Shown piece after piece: positions 1-11,100 of a DNA stretch of 39,019 nt. The stretch covers positions 124,001 through 163,019 of the forward strand of contig JAVKOQ020000116.1 in assembly GCA_031835245.2 (NCBI GenBank), in the 5' to 3' direction. Both the position numbers and the translations under genes were made by a program. How positions within the stretch are numbered: the stretch's first letter is position 1; each line of letters starts with the position of its first letter. The DNA is from Balamuthia mandrillaris. Lineage: Eukaryota. The notes under the pieces were generated by a model that did no database searches, was not told the DNA's origin, and saw nothing but the letters and a program-made list of their open reading frames with translations.

Positions 1-1030
1 AGAAGGGTTGCTGTGACCATCAAGCAGGTTCTCCATCTTTCCTATGCGTTTTGTTTGGCGCTGATAAACTACCGCCACCACCAGTTTCTGGCAAAACACA
101 ACGAGGAGTTGGCACAAATGAGAAGTGAGATGGAGATCATGCAGTACCCACCCTTCATTTTTCTTGTCTTTTTTCTCTACCAATCAACCAACCAAACCAA
201 TCGATTCACTCCAAAGGAACTTGCGTCATGGAAACGTGCTTCTGTTGTTGGGCGTTTGTGAGGACCACGTACTCAATCACTACGTGGTGACAGAGTTCAT
301 GGCTCGAGGGGACTCAGACACTTTCACCTCTCGGAACAAGCGCAGGCTATGATGGACCACCAGACGACGCTGCAAATGGCCAAAGATATCGCGGTGGGCA
401 TGTCCCAGCTGCACCCGGAAGGCCATGATGCATCATTCATTGCAAGCTTGCCTCTCGCAACCTGTTGCTGACAGGAGAATTCCATCAAGATCAGTGGTGA
501 GTTTTGCGCTGTCCATTTCTTCTTTTGCTCAGTGTGCTCTGCTCACTCCCCGTTTGTGGTGATGTTAAGTTTTTGGATTGTCACGGCTGAAGAGGGATAC
601 AGAGTCAGAGGAACAAACCACACAGTGTGAAGTGGGTCCCTTGATGGTTTCCTTGATGTTGAACATCAAAGAGTGTTTAAGATGGACAAGTCTGATGTGT
701 GTCTGATGTCATGGAATCATTTTGTGGGAGAACACAAACTTTGGGAAGGAACCCTTTTCAGTGTCACTTGTTCAAGCTGGTCTGGCTGTCGTAGATCAAA
801 GTGCGTTTAGTGTTCTAAACCTCATTTTTTGTGCAGGAGGTTATGCTTGTTTTGTTCAGTTGTGGTGATGGTGATGAATTAACAAGTTCCACTCCCAAAA
901 GAAAGGGCGTCAGAGATACCAGAAAACATTCCAGGGGTGCTGCAAGGCATTATGAGGGAATTTTGGCAGTTTGATGCCAAGGACCCCCCACCATGGAACA
1001 GATTGCGTTCAAGCTGGCTTCGGGCGTTTA
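1..1030 (+). pseudogene. Degenerate tyrosine-kinase-like kinase domain, paralog of the minus-strand kinase at 1226-2657
   Basis: Pieces VTIKQ / FLAKHNEELAQMRSEMEIMQ / [32 protein letters not shown] / ASRNLLL / FGLSRLKRDTESEEQTTQCEVGP match the neighbouring kinase exon by exon with the same intron positions. Frameshifts and stops follow; no intact HRD or APE motif. Confidence 0.8.
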
Positions 1031-1225
1031 GGTCTGCATGTTTTCTCGTCGAACGTTCGGGCCTGCATGTTTTCTTGCACACCACAAAACCTGTTAACAG
1101 AGCGGGACGCTAAAACAAATAATACCTTGCAAAACTCTATCAAAGAAAAACGAGCTACTGCCGTGCAGCAGCGGACAAAAAGGTTTTATGGGTTGAGTTT
1201 ATCGTTACAATCCGCCTTGTATTTC

Positions 1226-1411
1226 TCAGTCAGAAGATGCCTCCCCTTCTTCCTCCAGCATGGCCACCACTTCCTCCATGGTGGGGCGGTCCTTGGGATC
1301 AAACTGCCAACAAGCTTTCATTATGTCACGCAGCACTTCTGGAATGTTTTCTGGCATCTCTGGTGTGGCTGCACCCCGCAAAATGATTGGTGAGAAAAAT
1401 AAACGCTGCAA

Positions 1412-1461
<50 letters not shown>

Positions 1462-2657
1462 CAAACGAACATCCTTTGGTGACTTGGAGAGCGACTTGAA
1501 CAGGAGTGAGGCCAGGATAAGGTTCCTCTCCAAAGTTGGCAATCTCCCACAACACCACCCCATAACTCCACACATCCGACTTGTGGGAATACGTTCGACT
1601 GGAAATGCTTTCTGGTGCCATCCTGTTCGTTCCAACACCCCCACCAACGCAGTCAGTTCTTCATGCCCGTGAATACAATACCATCCATGAAGGAGGGAGA
1701 TGGGAGGCAAATAACAACAACATCACCATTTCAACGGTCCAACTTCAGAGGCAGTGGTTTGTTCTTCCGCTTGTGGATCTTTCTTCAGGCGAGACAATCC
1801 AAAGTCTGCCACAACATGCATGCATGGAAAAAACACATTTCTGATGAGAAAGGAATGGGAAGGGGAAGGATTGCACTCTCGCTCTTGACGTACCGCTGAT
1901 CTTGAGGGTGAGATTGTTGGCCAACAACAAGTTGCGAGCGGAGAGATCGCGATGGGTGATGCCCTCCGAGTGGAGATGGGACAAGCCCACCGCAATCTCC
2001 TTGGCCATCTTGAGCATCATCTGATGGTCCACCATGGATTGCCCTTCCGAGGACATCAGGAAGTGGCGCAGATCCCCACGCCCCATGAACTCCGTGACCA
2101 CGTAGTGATTGGCTGACTCGTCCTCACAAATGCCCAAGAGGAGCAACACATTGCCATGGGGACGCAAGTTCCTGTTGGTTTTGCGATTAGAACTCATGGG
2201 ATAGATGACCAAATGGATGATCCAAAGCAACGTACTGCATGATTTCGATTTCGCTTCGCATTTGTTCCAATTCTTCGTTATGTTCTGCTAGAATCTGGTG
2301 CAGGACAAGGTAGAATGAGTATTCAATCAACAGAGCATACCACACTTCAAAAGAATTAGATGAGAACCTGCTTGATGGCAACAGACGTTCCTCTCCATTC
2401 ACCTTTGCGCACCAAACCAAACGCTCTGCAAACCAAATTGGTGTCATCATCTTCCCGAAAAGCAAAACAAAACAAAAGCTAAAACGGAAGAAAACATCGT
2501 TGACTTACCCTCTGCCGATCTCCTCACCGAAGGTCAGCTCTGAAAACTCGATGTTCCAGTTGAACGCTCCTTTGCCTTTGCCACCTGCCTTGGAGGACCT
2601 GGGCTTCTTCTTGCCTTTCATCGGGGAGGCCCCATACGTGGCCCTCGCCCCATCCTC
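1226..2657 (-). CDS. 3' half (juxtamembrane + tyrosine kinase domain, multi-exon) of a receptor kinase interrupted by a MULE
   Basis: Spliced exons give [81 protein letters not shown], with GT-AG introns. HRDLxARN and PxKW are tyrosine-kinase-type motifs. Confidence 0.92.
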
Positions 2658-2747
2658 GCGAATCGGGTAAACGTCCCACCCCACAACGCTAAAAGTCCCA
2701 CCCCTTCGGTAAACGTCCCACCCCTCAGGTAATTTACCCACCCTAAT
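2658..2747 (+). repeat. Left TIR of MULE, built of ~21-bp subrepeats with a CCCACCCC core
   Basis: Ungapped alignment to the reverse complement of 6278-6367 gives 66/90 identities (counted by hand). Confidence 0.9.
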
Positions 2748-2857
2748 ATGTATTTATAACAACCTATTATTTTTGTGCTATTTTGCCACCAAAGCGTGCG
2801 CTGGCCATTATTTTAGAGAGTGGAGAAAAGGGAGCAGAAAAATCAAAAATTTATTTT

Positions 2858-5800
2858 TTAGGGGGCTTTTTTTTTTCGTTTTGTTCTTTTGGCCAGTCTT
2901 TTCTTTGTCACGCTGGGCACCTTTTCTTCGTTCTGTTCTTTTTTTTGAGGAGAGAGGAGCTTCACGACCTGTGTTTTCTGGTACCGTGGGTTGGGCTTCA
3001 GTTGTCGTTTTGGAGAGAGAGGCTTCCTTTTGTCCACTCGGGGATCCTGGTAGTTCACCACGGGTGCGACGCGATAGATCTCTTCCGTTTTACAGTTCTT
3101 TTGCCATTGAGAGGTACGCTTTGCTTTGCACTCTTCAAAAATGACAAAAATCAACTTCAGAAAAAGAATCTGCTTGATACAAAAAGTGACAAACATACCA
3201 CTTTGCGTTTTTTTTTTTTGATTTTGTTGTTTTTTTGGTGCAGCCGCCGCCACCGCCGCTGCCTTTTTCTTTGTTGTTTCAGGTTTTGTTAAATTTGATT
3301 GAAAGGTACGTCTGGTTTCTGGTGCTTGTGTGAGTGTGCTAGCTAAAAGTAGGAAAGGAGGGAGAGATTTTGTTTAAAAAAAAGAGATACTAACTTAATT
3401 CAAGCAAACATTCTTCTGTGAGTCGCAGGGTGGGTGCTACTTTCGGCCTCTTTGTTGTATTGCGCGGCCTCCCAGGTGATGACTTCCCTGTAGCATATGC
3501 GATTGCTTGTTCTGCTTCTTCCTTGCTAGAGTACTCGATTTTTGGCTCCACTGGATGTTGATGCTTTGTTCCTTGATTTGCTTGTATCTGGGCTTTGTCT
3601 TTCTCCTTTCCTTCTTCCTCCTCCTCCTCCTCCTCCTTTTCCTCCTCCTCCTTGTTGTGTTGTTCTCCTTCAGAAGTTTCTTCCTCGAGATCTCTGCCAT
3701 CATCCTCACCAAGTTCATCCATCGATGGCTCCTCCAACAGTAGCAGGGTCGGCCTTTCCTCTTCCTGTTCATGGCCCTCCTCTCCTTCCTCATCTTCATC
3801 ATCAAGGGTAACAGGCGCTACACGTTGCTCCAGCAAGTCAGCATCATCTGCTTCAACAATCTCGTCTTCAACCATTCTTGCCACTTTTGAGGTGCTGCTG
3901 TTGGTGCGTCTTGTTTGTCTTTTCAGTCCAAGCTCTAAAAGGTTCTGATCTGAAAATGTTTTCTGTAGATGAGCAGCAAGTCCAAAAACATGTTTGCACC
4001 TCCTACCATAATACCGAAAGTAAGGACAGGTGCATGAAGGCGATTCTATACTCACATCGTACTCGTTCCATTTGAAAACGCCGTCAGCAAGCTCCACAAA
4101 ATGTGCGTTCAATCCTTCTCCTTCTGCCTCTTTTTCCTCTCTGTCATTGTTGTCATCATCGCTATTGCTGTCTTTCTCTGTTTCTGCTTTTTTTTTTTTT
4201 CTGTTTCTCACTCTGTTGGTGCTGTGCCAGCCGCAATCCCTCTTGATATCTCCTCCACAGCCGGCGAACACCACGGCTTGGGCGTTGCTGTTGCACGTTG
4301 ATGCGGTTGAGCTCTACATTGTAGCGCCGAAACACATTGTCTGCTAACGTTAAGACCAAGTTGTGGTCCCCTTTGGTGCCCTTGCAGTGGAAATCACGGA
4401 GAACACTCCGAAAGATAGTCTCTGTTGCATTGTTGGTATTCCACAAGCCCTCTCGGTGCCCCGGACGACCAATGCTTTTCCACGTTGATGCCCATGGAGG
4501 AGAAAGCCAGTTCTTGTCAAAGTACTTCCAGAAACGGGTAATCCTCTTTTTTTGGCAATAGTTCTGCAACACCTTGGTTGCTTCTTCCTCTGCTTCTTCT
4601 GTCATGGCGTGTTGCAGTCTTTTTAATAAACCCAACACACTTCCATCATCCTTCCCTTGTTGTTTGGTATTATTGTTAGTTTCTACTTGTATGAACAATG
4701 AGAGCAAGAGAGCAGATGCATGCATGAAAGAGAGAACAAACCATACTGTGCAACTTTTTTTCTCCACAGTTGTTGCGTATGAAAGTCGCACAACAACACC
4801 TGAAAGCCAGCGCTTGTCGCCCCGTTGCGCTCCACCTTGTCTTTGTCGATCATTACAAAGGGTTGCCACGTAGTGTTCTGGGAGTAGATCGTTGTGGTCT
4901 GTGTCCCAAAAAAGTGACGAACGGACGAAAGAAAAAAGCGCACAACTGCAGCTCGTTCCTTGCTAGCAACAGCGAAGGCAACAGGCCAGCTCCGTCCCAA
5001 GTCATCTTGCACCACCAGTGCCCAAACAGGATGATGTGACTTGGATAGCTTGTAGATGCTGTCCAGGCCGACTACATCCTTACCCCATCGCTGAAGCACA
5101 GTGACTGCATAAGGCGCGATCAGAAAAATCATCCATGGCCGATGGGCTGCAGTGCGATCAAGGATGTACGTTTCACGGCTCTCCAAAGGTGGAAAAAGGA
5201 TAGTGGAAGCCAGCTCGGGTCGATTCAAGGCCTCTTGGAGGGCTTCTGCTCTGGTTTGGCCTTTCTTGCCGATTCGCAGTTTTTTCCTTCCGTTGTGGAT
5301 TACGGTGGCAATCTCCTGCACAGTTGGTACATCACGAGCATCCTTGACCAGCTCGCAAGCGCCCCCCAGCAACAGTTGTTGCAGCTCATGCGCCGTCATT
5401 GCTCCTCCCCTCCCTTTCATCCCGTCTTCTTTTGCTCCTTGCCCATCCATCTGGCGGAGCCACTGTCGAAGCGCAGGCGTCATAGGCATTGCAGAAGGCG
5501 CACAAAACCCAGGTCCGTGGCTTTGGGCTTCCTTCTGGATGTAGATGTAGGCAGTGTTTAGCTCGTCTCTAAACACCACCCAACGGCTTTGCACTCCACA
5601 GTCCTTTATTTTTTTGTTTTTCTTTCTGCTTGGAGGAGCACAGGCAAAGCCGCCAGAGCAGTGAAGATTCTCGCTGAGTGCAACCTCAAGGACTCCATTC
5701 TTCGCCTTCTTGACTGTTGGTGCCACCTACACTTTCACTCCTTCAAGGGTGGTGCGAGGATTACTAAGCACCTTCACTCCTGTTCGCTTTGTAAGCCCAC

Positions 5801-5939
5801 GAGTTGATCTCCATTGGACTCGATAGAAGGTCGGAGCATCCTCTCCTCCATTGTACAACCTTGAAAGCTGCTGCAATGGAACTGTTCTTTCAAAAATCCA
5901 ACCGTAAATCTCTGCAAATCTTTTTTTCTTCTCTTCCAT
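2858..5939 (-). CDS. MULE DDE transposase with SWIM zinc finger and acidic/Lys-rich C-terminus (multi-exon; one frameshift in a T13 run)
   Basis: VVGLDSIYKL...WPVAFAVA (D1), FVMIDKD (D2), LLCDFH (CxxH), NTNNATE (E), SCTCPYFRYYGRRCKH (SWIM). Inferred introns near 4690-4745, 3345-3394 and 3135-3199. In-frame TAG at 5727 is either an intron acceptor or a stop. Confidence 0.88.
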
Positions 5940-6277
5940 AATGAAAAAAAAAAAAGGAAAAAACAAAAACAAAAGCCAAACAAACAAAATAGGTGTGTGA
6001 TGGTCGTGTTGTGTCACTGTTTCTGGTTAAAAGAAAAAAGAAAGAGAAGACCTTGTCACACAACGCAAGAAAAAATAACGGTAACTTTAAAAAAAAAAGG
6101 CGGGAACAAAAAGAAAAGTATGTTGGGCAAGAATGGTGGGAAAAATAACCGTTGACCAAGGATACAGCATGCTTTCAATTCCTGACATTTTCTTTTACAA
6201 CGGTTATTCCTCTCGCCAAGCAAAGAGAAACACAGTAGCAATGTAACGATAGAGTTACTCATAATTCATGTCACCCT

Positions 6278-6367
6278 AATAGGTTGGGACTTTTACCTGA
6301 GGGGTGGAATTTTTATCGGTGGGGTGGGAAGTTTATGGTCGTGGGGTGGGATATCTACCATTTTTGC
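6278..6367 (-). repeat. Right TIR of MULE
   Basis: Reverse complement GCAAAAATGGTAGATATCCCACCCCAC... versus left end GCGAATCGGGTAAACGTCCCACCCCAC... Confidence 0.9.
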
Positions 6368-7674
6368 CCCATCCTCCAGGTCCTCTTTGGTGGCTGCCAG
6401 CCTCTTTTTCTTCCCATTTCGCCACACCAGGAAGGCCACGATGAGCACGATGGCCAGCAGGAGCAGGATGCCCAGAGGAAGCCCGATCCCCAGCCCCAAA
6501 GCCAACGATTCCTGGCTGTCCTCGCCGCTGACATCGCGGGCCAGAGAGTCGCTGCCACTCAGCGGAGGAGCCACGGTGAAGGTGGTGGTGCATTGTTGCA
6601 CAATCCCGGCTTCATCCTCCACTTGGAGAACCACGGAGTGCTCTCCCGGTTCCATCATGGCGTCGCTGGCGGGGGTTTGAGTGACGAGGACGGAATAGCA
6701 GCCACCGGAGTACTGCAACGTGGAGGTAAAATCGGGCAAGGCCGCATCTCCCTCGGATTCCGCCGTCTGGGCAGGGCTGCATTGGGTGATTTCCAACCGG
6801 GCCGGGCCAAGGGAACCCAGGCAGCCTGTTTGCAGCGAAGAGGAAGATAATGGGTAGCACTTAGTACCAGTAAATTTGTAAAAGGGAGTACAAAACAGTT
6901 ACCACTCATGGAGTATCTGAGAGCGTTTCCCATCAGCTCTGCTCCTTGTGTTGAGCTGTTCCAGAAATAAAAGAACATGTTCTTGTCAAAATCGCTGGAG
7001 ACAGCCATGAAGCCCAAGTCCACGCGCCTTGCCTTGGCGGGGCCGAGGTCATCCCTGACGGCCACCAGCACTGTGCCGTCGTCCCATTCAGCAGTGACGT
7101 AGGAGCCCTCTGCCATGGCTTCTGTGTTGTTGCTCATGATGCTTGTCCTCCAACTCATATACAGGCCGTCGAAGGAGGTGATGTTGGCAACCGTGGGATG
7201 GTCAGGCATGAGGATGTCGCCCAAATACGCCTGACCGGTTTTCTGGTCCGCAAACTCCGGCAGTATGACTGCGTACTTGTCCATGAAGGCCGGTCCCGGA
7301 ACGTACTGTGGCAAAAAGGAAAGCCAGCACATGACCACACCCCCTCCTTGCTCCACAAATTCTGCCAGCAGTTCCCCAAATTCTTCCTGTAGCTCAGCCG
7401 AAGGCCGCGGGTTGTCGAAGGGGGTGAAGATAACCAGAATGGCGTCATAGGAGAACAAAACCTCGCGAGGCGGCATCACGGCCAGCAACATGACTGCGTC
7501 CACCACATCGAATTGGTCTTGCAGGTGGAGCTGCAAGTCCGTTTTGCAGGGAGGACAGGCGTGGGACACTACCAGCACGCTTTGACCCTCGGCACCAGAG
7601 GCCAAAAGCAGAGCCAGGCACACGCTCCAGAACAAGCAAAAAACGCTAAAAGTCCCGTTGTGTAAAGCCAACAT
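6368..7674 (-). CDS. 5' half of the receptor kinase: signal peptide, class-I GATase/ThuA-like domain, HYR-like domain, TM helix
   Basis: Hydrophobic N-terminus ending ...ASGAEG; LLAEFVEQGGGVV and HPTVANI motifs; intron GTAACT...AAACAG (~6827-6901); PGEHSVVLQVEDEAGIVQQCTTTFTV (HYR-like); TM LALGLGIGLPLGILLLLAIVLIVAFLVW followed by RNGKKKR. Confidence 0.85.
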
Positions 7675-8130
7675 CCGTGCACTTGTGTGGTTGAGTTGGT
7701 TTTGGTGTGGGAAGAAAAAGAGAAAGAATAAAAAAAAAAACCACTAATACAAAAACAAAAGAAATAGGTTGTTTACGCCCTTAAGTTTGAGGTTTATGAC
7801 CATCGTTATTTGGTTTTACGACGACCGTAAACCGGCCGTACCGTTACTCTTTAATATATAAATGCCTCGCAGAATTTTTCAAACCCTCATTGGTCACCCA
7901 TGCGTTACTGTACGGCCACAACCTAATCTATTGCTACTTTGGGGTATGGCGCCAATGGCAAGGTTCAGGCGTTAATAACAGGAATTCCTTTATTTGGGTT
8001 TGCTGACCTTTAATCTAATTGTAGCTTTCTCCTAATTGTTATTATGACCTCCTTTCTGTTACAGCACAAAAAAGAATACCGCAAAACAAGACAGCAAGGG
8101 GAAGGAAGTTTTGTAACAGCGTTACACGAT

Positions 8131-9561
8131 ATGAGGTGCGCAAAGTGGGTGTTATTGGCCTTGGTGGCTACTTTGTGGAGTATTTCCGGTTGTGAAGCTG
8201 CTTCTTTAGGAGACTATCACACAGTGGACGTGCCACCCTATCAGTTTGTGTCTCTTGCGGAGAACGGCTTTCCATTACCCCTCAGCGGAGCTATAAACGT
8301 TTCAGTCCCGTTAAATTTCACCTTCCCATTCGATAACGAGGAGTATGACACCGTCTACGTGAGCGTTAACGGCTTAATATCGTTCGGAGAACCGATCGAA
8401 GGAATCAACCCCGACTGTCCTCTTCACCTCAGCTTGGAGTTTTGGCAGAGGGCGTTTGCTTTCTATTGGACGAGGATCACGTTTGACCAGCCGGACTCCA
8501 CCCAAGCATTCATCAAGCAGTACCCCGCCGGAGAATGCCCCTACAGCCCCAAGAGCTTGGAGCCCTGCCTCCTCCTTCACTTTGCCAACATGAGCGACTA
8601 CTACGACCGAATGGGTCATGCCAACGCCTTCCTCTTTGCCTCTGGAGACATGCTCGCCATGGTCCAGACCTGTCACAACGACTCCGACTCCGGCTCCGGC
8701 AAGTGCCTTTGGGGCAGCCACTATGAGTCCCTTCAGTTTGGAGTGAGCACTGAACTGACGAGCATCTCCTACCCCTTCCACACCCGCTGCCCTGTCGACA
8801 TGAATGACTGGGAGGACGCGTTCGTGTCACCAGGGGAGGCATTCTCCTTCATGTTTGTGGCTCCCTGCGAGAACAACAAAACGCTGCGCGAAGATGGGCT
8901 GGGCTGTCGTTGCCAGTTCGGCTTCTCCTTGGAGGCGGACTTGTCTTGCCAGCCCTGTTCCAGCCAAGTTTCCGATGGTCTGACCTGTGAGGTACCTTTT
9001 CTTCTTGCCCCTCCATCTGCTCCCTGCACTCGTTCCTGTTGGTGATGTTTTTTTCTTATTGCGTGAACCTTATGTGTTGTGTGTGCGTGTGTGCGTTGTG
9101 AGTGCAGACTTGTGGAGAGGATGAGTATGCCAAATGGGATTGGTCAGGTTGCTCCATCTGTCCTCCCGACCAGCGCATTGCTGCTGATAACACCACCTGC
9201 GAGGTACGTACCAAATCACTTCCATGTCATTACCTTCGTTAATACTGAACATCTCATGTTACTCCAGTCCTGTCCAATGGGATCAGTGCCCAACAGTGAG
9301 CAAACGGACTGCCAGGCCTGCCAAGGGAATCAGCGCGTCTCTGATGAAGGCTACAGCTGTGAGGTATGGAACCGCCCAGCTATTGCACCTCTTTTTTTTT
9401 TCTTTTTTAATAACTGTGTTGTTCCTCCCTTTTCTTTATTGCAGGAATGCCCTGCTGGAATGGAGCCGGACAGCACAAGAACGTCTTGCGTGGAGGTCCA
9501 AGGTTCTTCCTCCTCTGATTTGGGGTCTTCTGGCCATAGATGCATACCATTCTTGTTTTAG
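8131..9561 (+). CDS. Secreted/receptor ectodomain with NIDO-like domain and Cys-rich repeats; probably a truncated receptor (kinase) gene
   Basis: Signal peptide MRCAKWVLLALVATLWSISGCEA; VPLNFTFPFDNEEYDTVYVSVNGLISFG (NIDO-like). Exons 8131-8991, 9108-9203, 9268-9363, 9445-9561 with GT-AG borders; Cys-rich repeats; stop just after SSSSDLG. Confidence 0.75.
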
Positions 9562-9741
9562 TTGGCTTCTTCTTCTATAATATACCATATGTAAGGTTTT
9601 CCATCTCCATACTCTGTTGTACTTCTACCAACAATTGTAAAGAGGTAATTGGAAATTGAAAGTAGTGGGAGTTTTGAAGTAACAAAAAAGAAAGTCTAAC
9701 TTCTTGAAGGCTTGAGGGAAAGAAATTTACTTAGTGAAGTA

Positions 9742-10015
9742 GCAATGCTGAGGAAGAAACAGCAGAACACTTCCTGTTAAGATGTTCAAATCTTTGGGAA
9801 GATCGCTTTAGAATCTGGAGTGTGGACAATGGAGATGAAGAACAAGTCAGAACAATGATCATAGAAGATTGTACAACAAAGCTCCTGTCAAGTGGAAAGA
9901 AATGCAACAGAGCTCAAGAGGTAAGCAAAGTTGTGAATGAGTCTGGAGATTATGGGCAGTATGAGCAAGTTGGAAGCATGGGAGTTCTTCTGTATTTTAT
10001 CAATCTTTGGAAGTA
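9742..10015 (+). mobile_element. Fragment of the resident LINE (C-terminal zinc-finger region)
   Basis: EEETAEHFLLRC-like sequence closely similar to 21631-21914 and to the reverse complement of 15181-15470. Confidence 0.85.
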
Positions 10016-10578
10016 ATAAACACAATACAAACAAAAAGGAGAATATCCTTTTGCTTTTCACTTGGATTATATGGCAAAAAAAATTATTTTTTGGGCCTTT
10101 AAAAAATTATTTTTCTATTCACAAAAATATTATTTTTCATTTTGTAAAAGAATAAAAAAAAGGTTTTCTTATTTACAAAATTATTTTTTCTTTCAAAAAA
10201 AAAATAATAAACACAAAAATAACTATATTTACAATATATTCTTTTATTTTTTTAAATGTTTATATTGAAAGTAAATTATAGATATAAACACTTTTTGATA
10301 TTGAAATAATTTATTTGTAAAACTACTTTTCCATAATACCTTTCCCATTCTTCCTTCTCTCTTTTCTTCGCTCAAATAAAGGTCTTTTCCTTTAGTTATC
10401 AAGTTGGTGTCCATTGAATAGTTTCTCCACCAATTTTATCATATATTTTTGATTTTCTTGTTTAATAAACAAAAATAAATTTTTTGAAAAAAAATAAAAT
10501 ATTGAAAAAACAAACAGGTTTTGAGTTCGAATACCATTGTAAACAATTTTGTTTTTTGACAAATATAATTATTTCTCC

Positions 10579-10624
10579 AAAATTACTATAACTATAATAA
10601 TTATATTATAGTTATAGTAATTTT
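10579..10624. repeat. Perfect AT-rich inverted repeat (21-bp arms, 4-nt loop)
   Basis: AAAATTACTATAACTATAATA-ATTA-TATTATAGTTATAGTAATTTT. Confidence 0.9.
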
Positions 10625-11100
10625 TTCCTATTCCTTTTATAGTTTGACTCTAATCTGCACAGATCAATTTTAGATCAAATACTTTCCTTTTATAGTTTGG
10701 GTGGTAATTGTGCAGAATAGTAATTATAACTGATCTGTGTTCTATGGCGCAGCTGTCACCCTCTTTAGTTTGTAATCACAATTGATCAAAAAATTGATCT
10801 GCGCCATATGGCACAGCAATCACCCTTCTTAAAAAGTTTTTTAAAAAAAATTAGTGTTGTAATCACAAAGAGAGTTAATCTGCGCCATACCTTCAATGAT
10901 CACACATGTTTGATAAAGAGATTAGTTTTTCCTTTTCTCATTCTTTTCTGCTTTTCTTTTTTTGTTTTGTTGTTTTCCCTCCATTTCTCTTCTTTCTACT
11001 CTGCTTTGCTCTGCTCTGCTTTGCTTTGCTTTGCTCCTTTCTTATCTCTCTTGTCTCTGACCTCTCTTTTTTATAATTCCTTCTTTCATGCCTTCCCAAT

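Larger units (their letters stand above)
2658..6367 (-). mobile_element. Mutator-like DNA transposon (MULE), 3710 bp, 9-bp TSD
   Basis: Direct repeat CCCATCCTC at 2649-2657 and 6368-6376; 90-bp imperfect TIRs; internal MULE transposase with SWIM finger. Removing the element and one TSD rejoins the kinase ORF in frame ([22 protein letters not shown]). Confidence 0.95.

Noticed and set aside
2658..2747. Regularly spaced GGTAAACGTCCCACCCC repeats resembling a CRISPR array
   Set aside because: Spacers are only a few nt, the context is eukaryotic, and the repeats are TIR subrepeats mirrored at 6278-6367.
5727..5729. In-frame TAG in the transposase as readthrough or an alternative genetic code
   Set aside because: It fits a splice acceptor (GTGTAG|G), and other genes in the window use TAG as a normal stop.
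2647..6376. 11-bp direct repeat GCCCCATCCTC as the TSD
   Set aside because: TIR alignment places the terminal GC at 6366-6367 inside the element, giving a 9-bp TSD; the extra GC match is coincidental.
9937..10268. F/K/Y-rich short ORFs
   Set aside because: Products of AT-rich low-complexity DNA.
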